Notes: generated from the letters alone by a model not told the origin. Counted from the first letter of the whole stretch, positions 1 to 12,003 are shown. The stretch: DNA of 62,588 nucleotides, filler included, from Rhabdomonas costata (GCA_019059605.1; 31 parts of 31 records of this genome joined end to end with filler, not necessarily neighbours in it), one strand, 5' to 3'. Numbers and translations are program-made.

Positions 1-3
1 TGG

Positions 4-165
4 TCAGTACACGCAAGCCCAGGCTTTCCCCTGTACACACTTCATCTGGGAGCCACATTTCGAGCACGTAGAAGGGGGCTCTCGGAGAACCCCATAACCG
101 CTCAGCCACTCTCGGAACTTTCTTTCGTCATTGCAGAGGTCCAGGACATCATACAGTGTCAACAT
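4..165 (-). mobile_element. N-terminal Zn-ribbon fragment of a Merlin/ISXO2-like (IS1595-family) transposase, probably decayed
   Basis: MLTLYDVLDLCNDERKFREWLSGYGVLREPPSTCSKCGSQMK...WAC matches the 'WL..G.L....C..CG..M......W.C' N-terminus of eukaryotic Merlin transposases. TGA follows at 4-6; the DDE domain lies outside the contig. Confidence 0.55.
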
Positions 166-1923
166 GAGCAATAAAAGGAGCCTTAAAGAAAAAAGGTTCA
201 CTGCTGAACGTGTGCCTTTCAAATCTCTAACGCAAAACCCCTTCGGGCAGTTCGCCTGTGGGGTGGGTCACCCAAAGGGCAGGTGGATGAAGGCGAAACG
301 CCCGCGTACAGGATAAGAAGGGTTAAGTCTGTCTCTCTTCGTCTTCCCTTCACAATGCATTGGTATTTCGAGAGCCATCACCAATTCCCTGCACAGTCGA
401 CCGCCGTCACAGTGACGTACGATCATTTTTTTTTGCCTCTTTTCAACCCGACCATGAATTCCGCACGCGCACGAATACTATGGGTGTGCACCACTTCCAC
501 ATCCTGATCGCCTCTACTCCCCTCGGCTTCGTGTGACACACCGCCAGCAAAGCCACGAGGTCGACAGCCTGAGCGACGGAGGTCACCTCGGAGTGGCTCT
601 GCAGGTCCCCTCCCTCCCGATGCACCCGAAGCACTCCTCGCAGTGCCTCCACCCGAAGCTCCACGCGACGCCTCAGCGGACACCCCTCAAAGGCTAGCGA
701 GCCCAAGGTAACCTAACCAGAGAGTGAAGTGGATGAGGATGAAGGGATGCGGATACTGTTTAGGGCGTTGTTGAAGCTTTGACGCCGTCCACCCCACAAA
801 CACACCAGCCCACGTCTTGCACTTCTGTGTAACCCTGGAGCCGCCCTCCGCCAAAAAACAGCGCATATGCCCTACTTCCACGAAAACCTCGAATCTAGGG
901 ACGAAATCCTGTTCGAAGACGTTCAACAAAGCTGCACGCGCTTCTGAGCAAAGCAGCACATCCTCGACTCCACACGCACCTCCAACCAGCGGTCTTGGGT
1001 CTCTTTCGGGGACTCTGAGGTATGAAGCCGAACCTGCAAAAGTCAGGGCAGGAAGAAAGAGAGTGGGGCGGTGGAGAGTAATCACTGAAGTCAGCGGGAT
1101 GACTGGATGAGTAAGTGCACCGCAAAAACGCTCTGCAACGCCTCGCTCGTTTTCAAAGTTTTACTTCCAAATCAAAAAAAAAAACGTGCTTCCGTTTGCA
1201 CTGTAGCGAACTCCTCGCATTTGTTTTACACACGCCCCCCCTCTCTTTCTCATGGATGTTTCTGCTTAGTTGGAAGCGATTGGGCTGGATCTTTAAAGCT
1301 GACCTGACGGCAGGTCGGTCACCCTTGTTTTAAATAGGCGTTAAACACTTAGCTATTGGTGGATTCTACGCTTCGATAGTGCTCGTTATTCAGGGAAAAA
1401 GTTTCGCGGTGGAGGTGGAGGCGTCACTTAATCGCTGACCGGTCTTAAACGGTCCTAAATAACCACACGTTTTCCGAGAACTTGGTTGGGGTTGGGAGAG
1501 CTACGCCAGCAACACCTGGACTCTGATAGTAATGGAATTGTAAATTTCTTGAGAATTTAACGGCATTAATGTTTCCTTCACCATCGAAAGCAAACCTAAA
1601 AAAAAAACGGGAAACAATGAGGGAAAACACAGCGGTGGCCAACCCACCCCCTCCCTGATCCTCGTCAGTCACACAAAATGTTGCGCACACCAACCTCAAA
1701 GCTCTTCGTCAGACGCTGCGCCGCCACGCGCAGCATCGCGTCTGCCCTGGCGGCCAACACAACAATTCCCAAGCCGACCAAATCCAAGGCATCCCACCGC
1801 AGCGCCACCCCCTCAGCAGAGGGCAGGGCAGGCTGGTGCCGCATCGCAAACTCGTCGTCTGGGCTTAGGCACAGGTGAAGCCTAGGTTAGCCCCACACAA
1901 CCACACACCAACATTTGCAGCCG

Positions 1924-2023
1924 NNNNNNNNNNNNNNNNNNNNNNNNNNNNNNNNNNNNNNNNNNNNTTAATTAATTAANNNNNNNNNNNNNNNNNNNNN
2001 NNNNNNNNNNNNNNNNNNNNNNN
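1924..2023. other. Artificial contig-joining spacer (first of 30; N44-TTAATTAATTAA-N44, stops in all six frames)
   Basis: The same 100-nt spacer recurs about every 2022 nt (3947, 5971, 7995, 10018, 12041 ... 60569). Flanking contigs are unrelated and near-equal in length, as in length-sorted concatenation. Confidence 0.99.
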
Positions 2024-3170
2024 GTGGTTGGTGTGATACCTGACGTTGTCCGGTCCATCTTCGCGACGAAGAAGCTTTGCAGAGGATACAATCCTGTATG
2101 AAAGGCGAACTGGATTTACCCAGGAAACGTTGTTATTTGTGGGGAAAGCGATGCAGTCGGGATCCTTGAATAGCAATTCCCGTGGCCATATACAACTCAG
2201 AAAAGGAACTTTCTTGGGATTTTCATAGCAATAATGGCACAAAAAAATGGCAAAACGTTGTCCTTGATGTAGAAGCGAGTATGCACGGGCCCTGTGAGAG
2301 ACTTAGAAGGTGCATCCCATCCTTCCGCCAGATGTCGCAGAGCAGCAACGTCTTCCTCTTGGTGGTTTCTCAAAAGTGGCAACCCCTCTCTGAAATTATA
2401 GACAGGAAGGGACTGATGCTCTCTGTCCACCATTTGCATCCTGCATCCTTTGCACTTTGTTCCCCAGGGTCTTTTGGCAAGTTGGTTAAATTTAGCGATG
2501 GATCGCGGGCAAGTTTCACAGGGAAGTTCCCCATCAGATGGACCCGGGGCATCGAGGGGTAAGAACGAGAAAAGAGCATACCATTGTTGGCGCAAAGTAG
2601 GAGGCAATATTTTCCATACTTCTGTGGCTCCAATATTCTGCAGAGCATATCAGAGTTGGATCAGAGTCGCGCTGCGCACTGCATTGAGGTCCCATCATGC
2701 GATCTTTTTTTGGAAACACAAAACGGTCTTCCATGGGTTTTGAATTGACATGTACAGTAGGTGGAAGACACAGTGGGCAGACCGAGGCAGTGACCGATCA
2801 TCTCTGGTAAGGAAATCAGATCTCCCTGGCTGTCCTGGACATCAGAGTGGCAGACCTTGCGTTTTCTCTTTTGTTCATCCGTAATTTCAGCATCCACTGC
2901 AGTCGAAGTCCTCTGCCTCATTTTCACAATGCATCGTTCCTCTTCCTCTGCCGCGTACTTCACGAGATACGCCGTCACAAACTGCCCGTTGCAAACCTGC
3001 ACGTTGAGATGAGATTTTGTGATTTCAAATAGGACGGGCACAAAAGTACTGATTCTTTCGCAATCGCACTGTCTTGCCGGGCAGTGCTTCCCTGAGATGA
3101 GAATGGGATCCAAAACAACCTGGTCGTCTTTCCTGAAGGCAAGGCCGCAGGTCAGGAGATCTTGCTGTCA
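2024..3170 (-). mobile_element. Degenerate Helitron-like Rep (HUH/Y2) coding remnant
   Basis: ORF 2661-3113 reads RISTFVPVLFEITKSHLNVQVCNGQFVTAYLVKYAAEEE...LISLPEMIGHCLGLP: the H.NVQ.C / YxxKY catalytic motif plus the downstream 'IS..E....LGLP' motif of Helitron Rep. It continues as frameshifted pieces (2197-2607). Confidence 0.7.
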
Positions 3171-3174
3171 TCAG

Positions 3175-3900
3175 AACATAAATATTCAACACAAAAAATT
3201 AAATATAATTGATTGTATTACATTTGATGATGTACAGTGTTTAATAACTGAATTATTTCAAAATTCTAGATGTAAATATGTTGTTTTGGGAAATTTTCAT
3301 ACAGACTTATTAAAATTAATTATTAATTTAACAAATAAATTTATTATTAATAAAACATCATGTAATAATATATCTGAAAAGAAATATAGTATAAATATTT
3401 TAAAACCAGGTAAAACTAATAGTATACATTACTGTCATACAAATACAAAAGAAATTTTCAAATTAAAACGATGAAATTAAATATTGAAGATGATGATAAT
3501 AAATTGTATTGTTTGTATTCTTTAGTTCATACTATCATTAAAAGAACATTCTTTGATGTTCTGAGAACTGAGTTACAATATGGTTATTATGTTAGATGTT
3601 TTAAATCAGTAATTGGTGATATTTATAAACCATTATATCTAATGTCATTTGTTGTTCAAACCACACAAAAATTAAAAGTTGTAGAGAAAAGTATTTTAGA
3701 TTTTATAACAAATGATATTATGAAAATGACAGATAAAGAATTTCAAATTTATAAAACAACATTAATAAAAAATAAATAATCATTTTGATACATTGGAACA
3801 AGAATTTGTTTTTATTATGATCAAGTATTAGAAGATAATTTACCTAGTATTATTAATAATTTTTTTATAAAGATACATGTGATTATATTGCTCATGATTC
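3175..3900 (+). pseudogene. AT-rich M16A (insulinase/IDE-like) peptidase C-terminal fragment with frameshifts
   Basis: ITFDDV...LGNF (frame 1), then FFDVLRTELQYGYYV...FVVQT...MTDKEFQIYKTTLI (3471-3779), then HFDTLEQEF/YYDQVLEDN in shifted frames. Matches IDE 'F..LRTKEQLGY.V ... MTEEEF..K..LI'. No introns; roughly 20% GC by eye. Confidence 0.8.
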
Positions 3901-4046
3901 AGTAAGTGCAAGTATTAAAGATCATTATGGTAAACTACAAACAACCNNNNNNNNNNNNNNNNNNNNNNNNNNNNNNNNNNNNNNNNNNNNTTAATTAATT
4001 AANNNNNNNNNNNNNNNNNNNNNNNNNNNNNNNNNNNNNNNNNNNN

Positions 4047-5593
4047 GGGGGTACGTGATCCGGATTATGGAGACGCTGAAGCCTGGTGTGGCGGTGGAGC
4101 CGGAACCCGCTGTGGATGTGACGGAGTGGACGGTGAAGGGCACGGTGATTCCGCCGGAGGCGAACCACCAGGCCAAGTCAAAGTGTGGCTCGCTTGTGCT
4201 TGTGTTGTCTCGATGTGGGTGACGATGGTGCAAGTATTTTGTCTTCTACGCCGTGACCGCAACTGACTGCGTGTGATGCTTTCCCCGAGGGTTGCGCAAG
4301 TTATTTCTTGCCCGCGCGACCAGTTCAACTTACCTGCCAGTGGTTGAGGCTCAACTGCGCTGTTTTTCCCCCCTGAGCCCCCGTGCTGCGTGCCTTGCTG
4401 GTTTGTTTCCCCAAGGCCATGAGCTCGAGAGTAGATGCGTATCCAGCCTCCAGAACATCTTCCAAGATACATTGCTGCATTGGTGTTGGTCCCCTGTTGG
4501 CCCATGTTTTTTATTTTCTATCCCGCTCTCCTTCTCGCGCCCTCTCTTTTCGGCTCCAGAGGCTGAGCCTGTCCTCACCGGTTTGATCACATTTCCGTAT
4601 TATTCCTTAATCCCTTTTTCCTGGTGTTTTTCAGGGACACCGCAGCCTATGACCTCCGCACCCGAGCCAAGGTGGCGCAGAAGGCGCCCTACCAGGTCGC
4701 CGTTAAGACCGGAGAGAAGTACTACTTTTGCACCTGTGGGCACTCGAAGACCCAGGTCAAGGGGGAGGGGGAACAATTACACTTTGAAAGAAATAGCGGG
4801 GGGCGTACTAGATGGAGATGGATTTTTTTGTAGATTTTCACAAGGGCGTTTCACCGCTTATTTTGCCCAAAGTCTCCACATCCCCTATCTTCAGGGGTCT
4901 TGCTTGACTTCTTTGCACTCACCAGTTTTGAGATCACACCTGCTTGTCGTATACATTCTCTCTGCTGTGGTGCAACTTTTGGTACATCCTGCTTTGGTAC
5001 AACGTGGCGGAATTGACGTTGGGGGGAGGGGGAGGGTATCACTTACCAGTGGTACCAATGTTTTCGTTAGAATATCTTTTAGAAAGTATTTAAAGGCCCC
5101 CGAGGTCTCGTACCCGCCCCAGCCACCAGCTCCGGCTGCCGCTTTGCTAGCCTTCGCCCCTAAACTAATGCTGTCCCGCTCGTCCTGCCATTGGCTAGTC
5201 CTCCGCATCAGCATCAGGTTTGGTCCTCAAACCAAGAATACTCATAATAGTAAACGCTGGCATGGGTTATCTATCCCTTGCAGCGAAAGTAAAGTCATTT
5301 TGAAGGTACTTGCTTCAAGTACCTAGCCTTTTAAGAACTTTTCTTTTTTGAAAAAATGCCCTTACCGTTGGTAACCTTTACCCCTGGTAACCGTAACCAC
5401 TCCCCCCAACGTCAATTGGGCCCGAACTATGGTGAACATCCTTTTGTGCTCTTCGCCAGCCGTTCTGCGATGGCAGTCACAAGGAGGTCAACCAGGCCGA
5501 GGGCCTGACCTTCCAGCCCATGGTGTACACCGCGGAGGAGGACAAGGCGGTGTTCTTCTGCGGGTGCAAGAAGTCGAACACCCTGCCCCTCTG
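4047..5593 (+). CDS. CDGSH iron-sulfur protein with two CDGSH motifs (CISD3/MiNT-like), partial
   Basis: Exons <4047-4176, 4635-4755, 5460-5593 with GT-AG introns splice in frame to YFCTCGHSKTQ|PFCDGSHK and VFFCGCKKSNTLPLC... Confidence 0.9.
5011..5417. mobile_element. MITE-like insertion in an intron of the CDGSH gene
   Basis: Perfect 18-bp inverted repeats AATTGACGTTGGGGGGAG (5011-5028) and CTCCCCCCAACGTCAATT (5400-5417); the outer AATT could be a 4-bp target-site duplication. Confidence 0.75.
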
Positions 5594-6628
5594 GTGCCCA
5601 CCATTTTTATGATGCGCACTTCGATGATTTTTTGACTTTCGGGCCATACATTTTTAGTTGTAGAGACGCTCTGAGGAGGCTGTATGGGACTCAGGATAGG
5701 AGTCTTCCAGAGGGTTTCCCCTCGCTCCTTCCGCCTTCAGTGAGCGTTGACTGAGCTTATCTCGGTCCTTCATCCTTTATCGCTGCCTTTGAGCGACTTT
5801 ACACATTTGTTGAGACGCGGGTGAAAACCCTTCTTCAGCAACACACCATGGTGTTCTCTGCACAACATAACCCTAGTACGGCCGGTCGCGCTTTTGTGCT
5901 TTTCGATGTTGGGTCACCCATTCTTTGTGTGCTGCCCCCCCCCCTCACCTTCCGTCATCCCAACCCAAAANNNNNNNNNNNNNNNNNNNNNNNNNNNNNN
6001 NNNNNNNNNNNNNNTTAATTAATTAANNNNNNNNNNNNNNNNNNNNNNNNNNNNNNNNNNNNNNNNNNNNGGGGTGGGGGGTAGCGAAATTTATGACAAA
6101 ATGCTGTTGCAGTTTTCCCCTATTTTTTTTCGCCATTCTGTGGTATTTTTACCTTATTTTGGCTTTTTTTAGGATTTTTTTTTGTCGTTTTGGGTCAAAT
6201 TTGAAGTTTCCGGGGAGCCTCCTGGAGACTTAACAAGCGTGCAAGGGAAGGACTTGGTGCAAGTAGGAATTTTACGGGAATATTGTGCCGTAGGATCAAG
6301 AAGAGCCCTTGGGCAAGGTGTACCAGAGGGTTCCGGTTTAATATTTAGAGGATGCTTTTGCCGTAAATTGTCCTGAGGCGGGATGTTTCTCACCGAATAA
6401 GACCGATAAGGTCTATGGTACTCATGTGTTGTCGCATTAACCCACCAACATACGCAGACACCTGGATGAATTTATTGGCTATTGTTCGCAGCTATCTTCT
6501 GATCTTCTTTCGGTGCACAACATAATTTTGCACCGTGTGCGTTCTTTCTGGGCTTTAAGCGTGGTGCCGCTGCTTTGTTCGTTTTTTTTTGGACATTGCG
6601 GAGTTCTCGGGCTTGCTGGCTTGCTGGA

Positions 6629-7567
6629 ATGGCCTTGCTGTTTTCTGAGGACGGCATGGGGTGTGCGCTGGCGGAGATCTCTGGGAAGGACAGGCGGGCA
6701 GTGCTAATGGATCGCTTTGTGAACGACTTCGCAACTCGGGTGGCACTAAGGTACCCTCCGGACTGGGGTGACTTCTGCCCTGTTCGTACCACCGCTGTGA
6801 TGATCGCTTGTCTTCAGCAGGTTTCCACCCCATCCCCTTCCCCGCCTTTCGCCTTGTGCAGGTGCATACCACCAGCCACATGAGTGAATAACCCTGGGAC
6901 ACCTGAAGTAGCTTCCGAACCGCTTCCCAGGCTTTACCAAAGAGGTTTCAGTCTCACCGAATTGATCCGCATTTTTGGGAGAGCTTTGGAGCGGAGCGAA
7001 GAGTGCCCGTCCAGGAAACGAGACGGCAACGAATGCGAAGCCGGAGATGTTTGCTAACAGAAACGTTCTCGGGCAGTTTTCTCTCTGGGTCATGGGAAAT
7101 GCGATTTTCGCAAGTGAGGGCGTTGCTTTGGAATTAGTCGGAGCTTGTGCTTCCCGGCTTGCCGTTTTATGCCTTGAGTTTATGCCTTTTGCTTTGTTTT
7201 TTTCAGCGGTTGCAAGCTTTTCGTGGCGCGCTTTACCGCTTTTCCCCCTACCTTTTCCCATTAGTGGGACTCTTCATTTTTTCGAAGCATGAAGAGATGG
7301 CTTTAAGAATCTAGGCTTGGCTACCTCCGCCGTGCATAACGCAGCCGTTTTTTCGAATCCAACTTTTTTCAAATTACGAATGCTTAGGGCCGCACCTCAT
7401 CCTGTCGGTTTTTGCCATTATCACCGCTTGGCCCGTGGCTTTTCACACAGGTCGCTCGGACCCTCAATTTGTTGAAGTTCCGGGTTACCTCTTTGCTGAA
7501 GAAAGCTCGCCTGCTGCAAGCCTGGTTCCGCCGGTTCTTGCATGCCCGTGAGCATGATATTAAACAG
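6629..7567 (+). CDS. Hypothetical protein with IQ-like calmodulin-binding motif, 5' exons
   Basis: Exons 6629-6820 (ATG...CAG|GT) and 7451-7567 (AG|...CAG|GT) join in phase 0; the second encodes ARLLQAWFRRFLHAR. Confidence 0.5.
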
Positions 7568-8992
7568 GTAGTGTGAGACGTTGACCCTTGATGGTGTTTA
7601 TACCTGTGTGTGTTTTGGTGTCAGGGAGAACCTTTCCAGTGAGGGCCTATGGCTGACTTCATCGCGCGCTCATCATGATGTAGTCACTATTCTCGGGTTA
7701 GTACCCTGGTGGAGCTTTGCTGTTGTTCTGCTTTTTCTTGGGTGGTGTGATAGCCGTCCAAGAAAGAGAAACCTATCCCTTTTTCCTTCTATAGATAAAA
7801 GCCAGTTTTCTGTTACCACTGATAATTGTTACCACTTCCCCACCCAGCCTCCATTGCGCCATGGATTTTGGGGGCTTCAAGCTTTCCAATCTATCACTGT
7901 GGAAACGTCGGACGTATCGGTGCCTTGGTATGTTCCGTTCTGGGCGAACTGTGAGGCTTCTTGAATACGGGAGTTGCGCCATTAACGGAACAAANNNNNN
8001 NNNNNNNNNNNNNNNNNNNNNNNNNNNNNNNNNNNNNNTTAATTAATTAANNNNNNNNNNNNNNNNNNNNNNNNNNNNNNNNNNNNNNNNNNNNGGTTTT
8101 TGGGTATTAATTTTGAAGATAGGTCTTGAGGCTATCATGTGATCCTGTGCAAGGGGCGAGGGGCAGCGGTTACCAGCGATAACGTTTTTAATGGAGGAGG
8201 AAAGGTGATTGTGAGGTGGGGGAGGTTGAGGTTCGAGGCGCTGAGCTCGCTTGGCCGTTTAGTGTTGTTGGGGCATTGCCCAATAAATTTCATTGGCTCG
8301 TTTTCTCCTCCGATTTTTCGGATATTAATTTTGAAGATAGGTCTTGTTTCAGGTGAGATGTTTAATATTCTTTTTTTATATTATTTGTTCTCCTCCGTCA
8401 TTTTTGCTCCTCTGGCATTCAAAAGATACGACAACGTCCGCATGATGTTTAAAAGTCGTGTTTTAAATAAGTGTTGCATTTTTCAGCTCGTTCGTTTGGT
8501 TTTTATCAATTGAATGCCGCGCTGTGGTTTTGCAGCTGCACCAAGGTGTTCGTTTAAAGCGACCATGCGCCACTTGCCAGTTTGTGAGCTCTACCCGCGT
8601 GGTGATTGAGTGTGTTTTGCACAGGCATTGTGAAGATGTCGTCCTCATTGGTGTTTTGTGTCGCCTTTCAAATGCTCTGATCAAGGCCGTTTATTATGCA
8701 ATTGCAAAAGAATGTCAAAGAATGCCTCTAGTTTTAACAGCTGCGAGCATTTCCTAAATTGCATAAAGGCTTTATCCCCACAATGCCCTTTGCTCACCAC
8801 AGCTTTGGGTTGAGCTTTTCAGCTGGTGCGCTGGAGAGCGTTCCTGGATTGGCAGTTGGGTCAGTGAGCATCATACCTTGCAGGAAGCAGAAAGAACCAT
8901 GCAGGGGCTAACCTTTCTCATTATACTTGGCGCTGTTCCGCTTCTAGCTTTGTATGGGAACCAGCTGGTTTGGTGCGGGAACCGAAATACAG

Positions 8993-9324
8993 GAATTGAG
9001 GAGAACCCCTTGTGGGCTTCCCTTCTTCCCGTCCCTGTTCCTGCGGAGGAGGATGACAGCGAGCCTTGGACCTTGCCTCGCGTGCCGGTGCCCTGCCCTG
9101 AGCTGAGCGAGGTGCTGTCCTACCTGCGGCGAAGGCACTGCTACTGCTTCTTCTGTGAAATACTCTACCCCGACGCTGCAGAGCTGCATCGCCTGTGTCC
9201 AGGAGAAGCGGAGGAGGACCATGGAGGCGGCACCGCCACAATGGGGGGCGTGGACACCGGAGGAAATCTGAGGACGTACGAGGACGATGGTTTGGATGAT
9301 GACGATGAGAAATGGGACCGGTAG
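8993..9324 (+). CDS. Last exon of a GPATCH11-like protein (DUF4187 C-terminal domain)
   Basis: VLSYLRRRHCYCFFCEILYPDAAELHRLCPGEAEEDH matches 'YLR..H.YC..C...Y.....L...CPG..E.DH'; acceptor AG at 8991-8992, stop TAG at 9322-9324. Confidence 0.85.
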
Positions 9325-10210
9325 AACCGGTCAACTTTCTCAAGCTGAAACCCTTTGGCGCATTCATAATAGTTGGCAGGAGGCAACGATGGGATTCAGT
9401 GTGCTTGGTGACGGATTGTGAAGATAACGCAAGTGTCGTGCGGATCACCATCCTCTCATCAGGTGTTCATGTATTTCCTTGCGATGTACATTTGGTCTGG
9501 ATTTGGCCGCCAGGTCTGAAAGCACCGCAAATGTAATCTTTGTGAAATTGATATCATTGGGGCTCGCACGTCGCTCACACCACAAGTTGAATGATACAAT
9601 TTTGTTTCAAATGTGATTAGGTGTGTAAATTTGATTGGTGGTCGTTTCGAAGTTGAACCGACAGTAACCAACCGAAAATTAATGGTGCAGGGGACCGAAA
9701 ATGTGTTTGATCGTCCCGCCCCCCACCCCCACACATAGCACACCTATTGTACGCTCTGCATTCCTCCTCCGCAGCTTCTGCGTTGTTTTGTCGTGATGAT
9801 GGTTGGTGGCAGCGGATCTCCACGGAGGTGACTGACACTTCTCTCTGTGGTGTTGTGCAACTTCTTCGCCGCTTTCCTTGCGGTGGTGACCTTGGTCTTC
9901 CCGAGAGGGAGCCTGCCGTGTGTGTGTGTGTGGTTTGTGTGTACCGTGTTGCCGGCCTTCTGTGTTCCGGAGAACCTGGTGACCCAAATGACGCCCCCTT
10001 CTCCTTCCAAAACCCCCNNNNNNNNNNNNNNNNNNNNNNNNNNNNNNNNNNNNNNNNNNNNTTAATTAATTAANNNNNNNNNNNNNNNNNNNNNNNNNNN
10101 NNNNNNNNNNNNNNNNNTGTGGGTTTGTATGCATGCGCACAAGTGTGTGGGTGTGAGTGGGGTGAAAGGTCCCTGTTCCGGGCTGTGCCACGGCCTCTGC
10201 GCTGAGCGAG

Positions 10211-12003
10211 TGCGTGGGACGGCTGCCGTGGGTCTCCTCGACCACCGCGGTGCGGGTGTGGGTCACTGTGATGGACGCCAATCTGGCCACGGCGCAGGCC
10301 AGCCTGGGGCTGGTCGTCACCCCCGCGGCGGTCACCTCTCAGGCGCTCGGCCACGCCGAGCAGAGCGTCTTGGCTTCCCTAAATGGTCTGTGTGCATGCG
10401 CCCGTGTCGGTGTGCGTTTTGCATGTCCTTTCCTTCCCGCTCCCCTTTCCCCGCCCAGCTAGCACAAACAGTCAAGCTCAAATTTGTTTTATGCTGTGTC
10501 ACCTTTGGTACACCTTTGGTTCCTGGAAGCATCTTCGCCGATAGGCTCTGATGTGGCCCAGCTGGCCTCTGCGGCAAACTCCTTGGCAGGCATGCTGGCC
10601 GTCCTTGCAGCCAATAGCAGCACCTCCTCTACTGCCCCCGTCAACGGCTCTGTGGTGGCTGCGCTGTACGGCGCAGTGACCGCAGCGCTTAGCTCTGCGG
10701 TGGACTCTCTGCAGCCGCAGTGCCTGAGCTGTGTGGCAGGCCAGCCGCAGTGTCAGCGGTCCTCCAGCAACGCCTCCTCCTCCTCTCTGAACTGCGCCGC
10801 GGGCTGCCCGGGGGGCCGCTACGGCGGGAACTGCACGCAAGCCTTGTGCTCATGCTATGGTTTGTGTTTTTCTCAGGTCAGAAGAGGGGCATCGGAGGTG
10901 GCGATTGGCGGTGGGAAGTTGCTAGCCCAGTGGCATTATTGGAGAAGAGGAGAATAGCGGTGATTCTTCTCTCTGCGTGTGCGTGATATGGATTCGAGCC
11001 AACCTTAGTGCCTGACAGTATCCGTAACAGTGTTCTCTCTTCACATCCAGCTCAGAGTGTGTGTATGTGTGTGTGACTAGCAGGGCGTGATGCCCCGTGT
11101 TTGTCAATTTCTGTCTGCCTGTGTATTTGTATTTGTGCTTCATGGTTTTCCGGCCCTCACACGCATCGTGCATAGCCAGCGCGCAATGCGCCGAACACAC
11201 GCACGGTGCATAGTATCAAGCACTCCACATATGCCAAACCCCACGCACCAGTCTCACGTGTGCGTTCGTTCTCTGTCAGAAAAAGGGGGGGATGGGAGTG
11301 GTGCACAGGAAGAGAGGAGAGTGGCAGCGAAAAGCGGCTGGGAGTGGTCTCAAATCGAATTGGCTGAGGTGAGAAGGCAGCCAAGCACAGCCCGGTCCAG
11401 GGAAATACTCGGAGTGAAACCAACAATACGCGCCCCTCACTTGTTCGGTACGTCCTGGTGCCCTTAGGGTCGGTCACTCCTCTGCTGGCCAGCTCACTAC
11501 TCTCCACGGCGCTGGCCGTAGCCTCGGCCCCGACCCTAGCTTCCTCCACGGCGGAGGGGATGGACTTCCTGCTCACCCTGGCGCAGCTGATGTCCGTGGT
11601 GCTGCCGCTGGGCATCTCTGGGGCGGGCTCCACAGGGGTGGTGCCCACTAACACCACCCTGGCCGTCGTGGCGCTACTGTCCAACGCCGTGGCCACGGCC
11701 ACCAACAGCACTGGGTGTGTCTGAATGTGACGGTGCAGGTGTTTGATGACGTTTGGTAGTGGTGTGGGATCGAACGCCGCCTGAGCCTGGGCTTGGATGG
11801 GAGCCGGATGTGTGGATGTCTGTTCTGCTCTCAGAGGACTGACCACGACGGGTGCGGCACTGTTCCGCCAGACCCGGATCACGTTCCTACTGCTACTGCA
11901 GTCGCTGTTCTCTGGGCTGGTGCCGGGCCAGGGTTTCCGGGTGTCCTCCCCGGACACCACCGTCACCCTGTGCGGCTCGCGTGACTTCGCTCTTTCCGCC
12001 ACG
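10211..12003 (+). CDS. PKD1/REJ-like large secreted or membrane protein, internal exons
   Basis: Phase-consistent exons ~10211-10385, 10545-10859, 11468-11714, 11835-12003 with GT-AG introns. VRVWVTVMDANLATAQ resembles a REJ C-terminus, followed by S/A/L-rich helices, a Cys-rich insert, 'LVPG' and many N-x-S/T sites. The start of the first exon is approximate. Confidence 0.55.

Noticed and set aside
3019..3474. 151-aa ORF as a single protein
   Set aside because: It is a chance read-through across the junction between the Helitron antisense strand and the AT-rich peptidase fragment.
4292..5326. 344-aa ORF over the CDGSH gene
   Set aside because: It runs through introns and a MITE in a frame different from the conserved CDGSH exons; no recognisable protein.
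6120..6132. CTATTTTTTTTCG matches the 3' end of the Euglena spliced leader
   Set aside because: Only 13 low-complexity nt; the upstream leader sequence and a following GT donor are absent.
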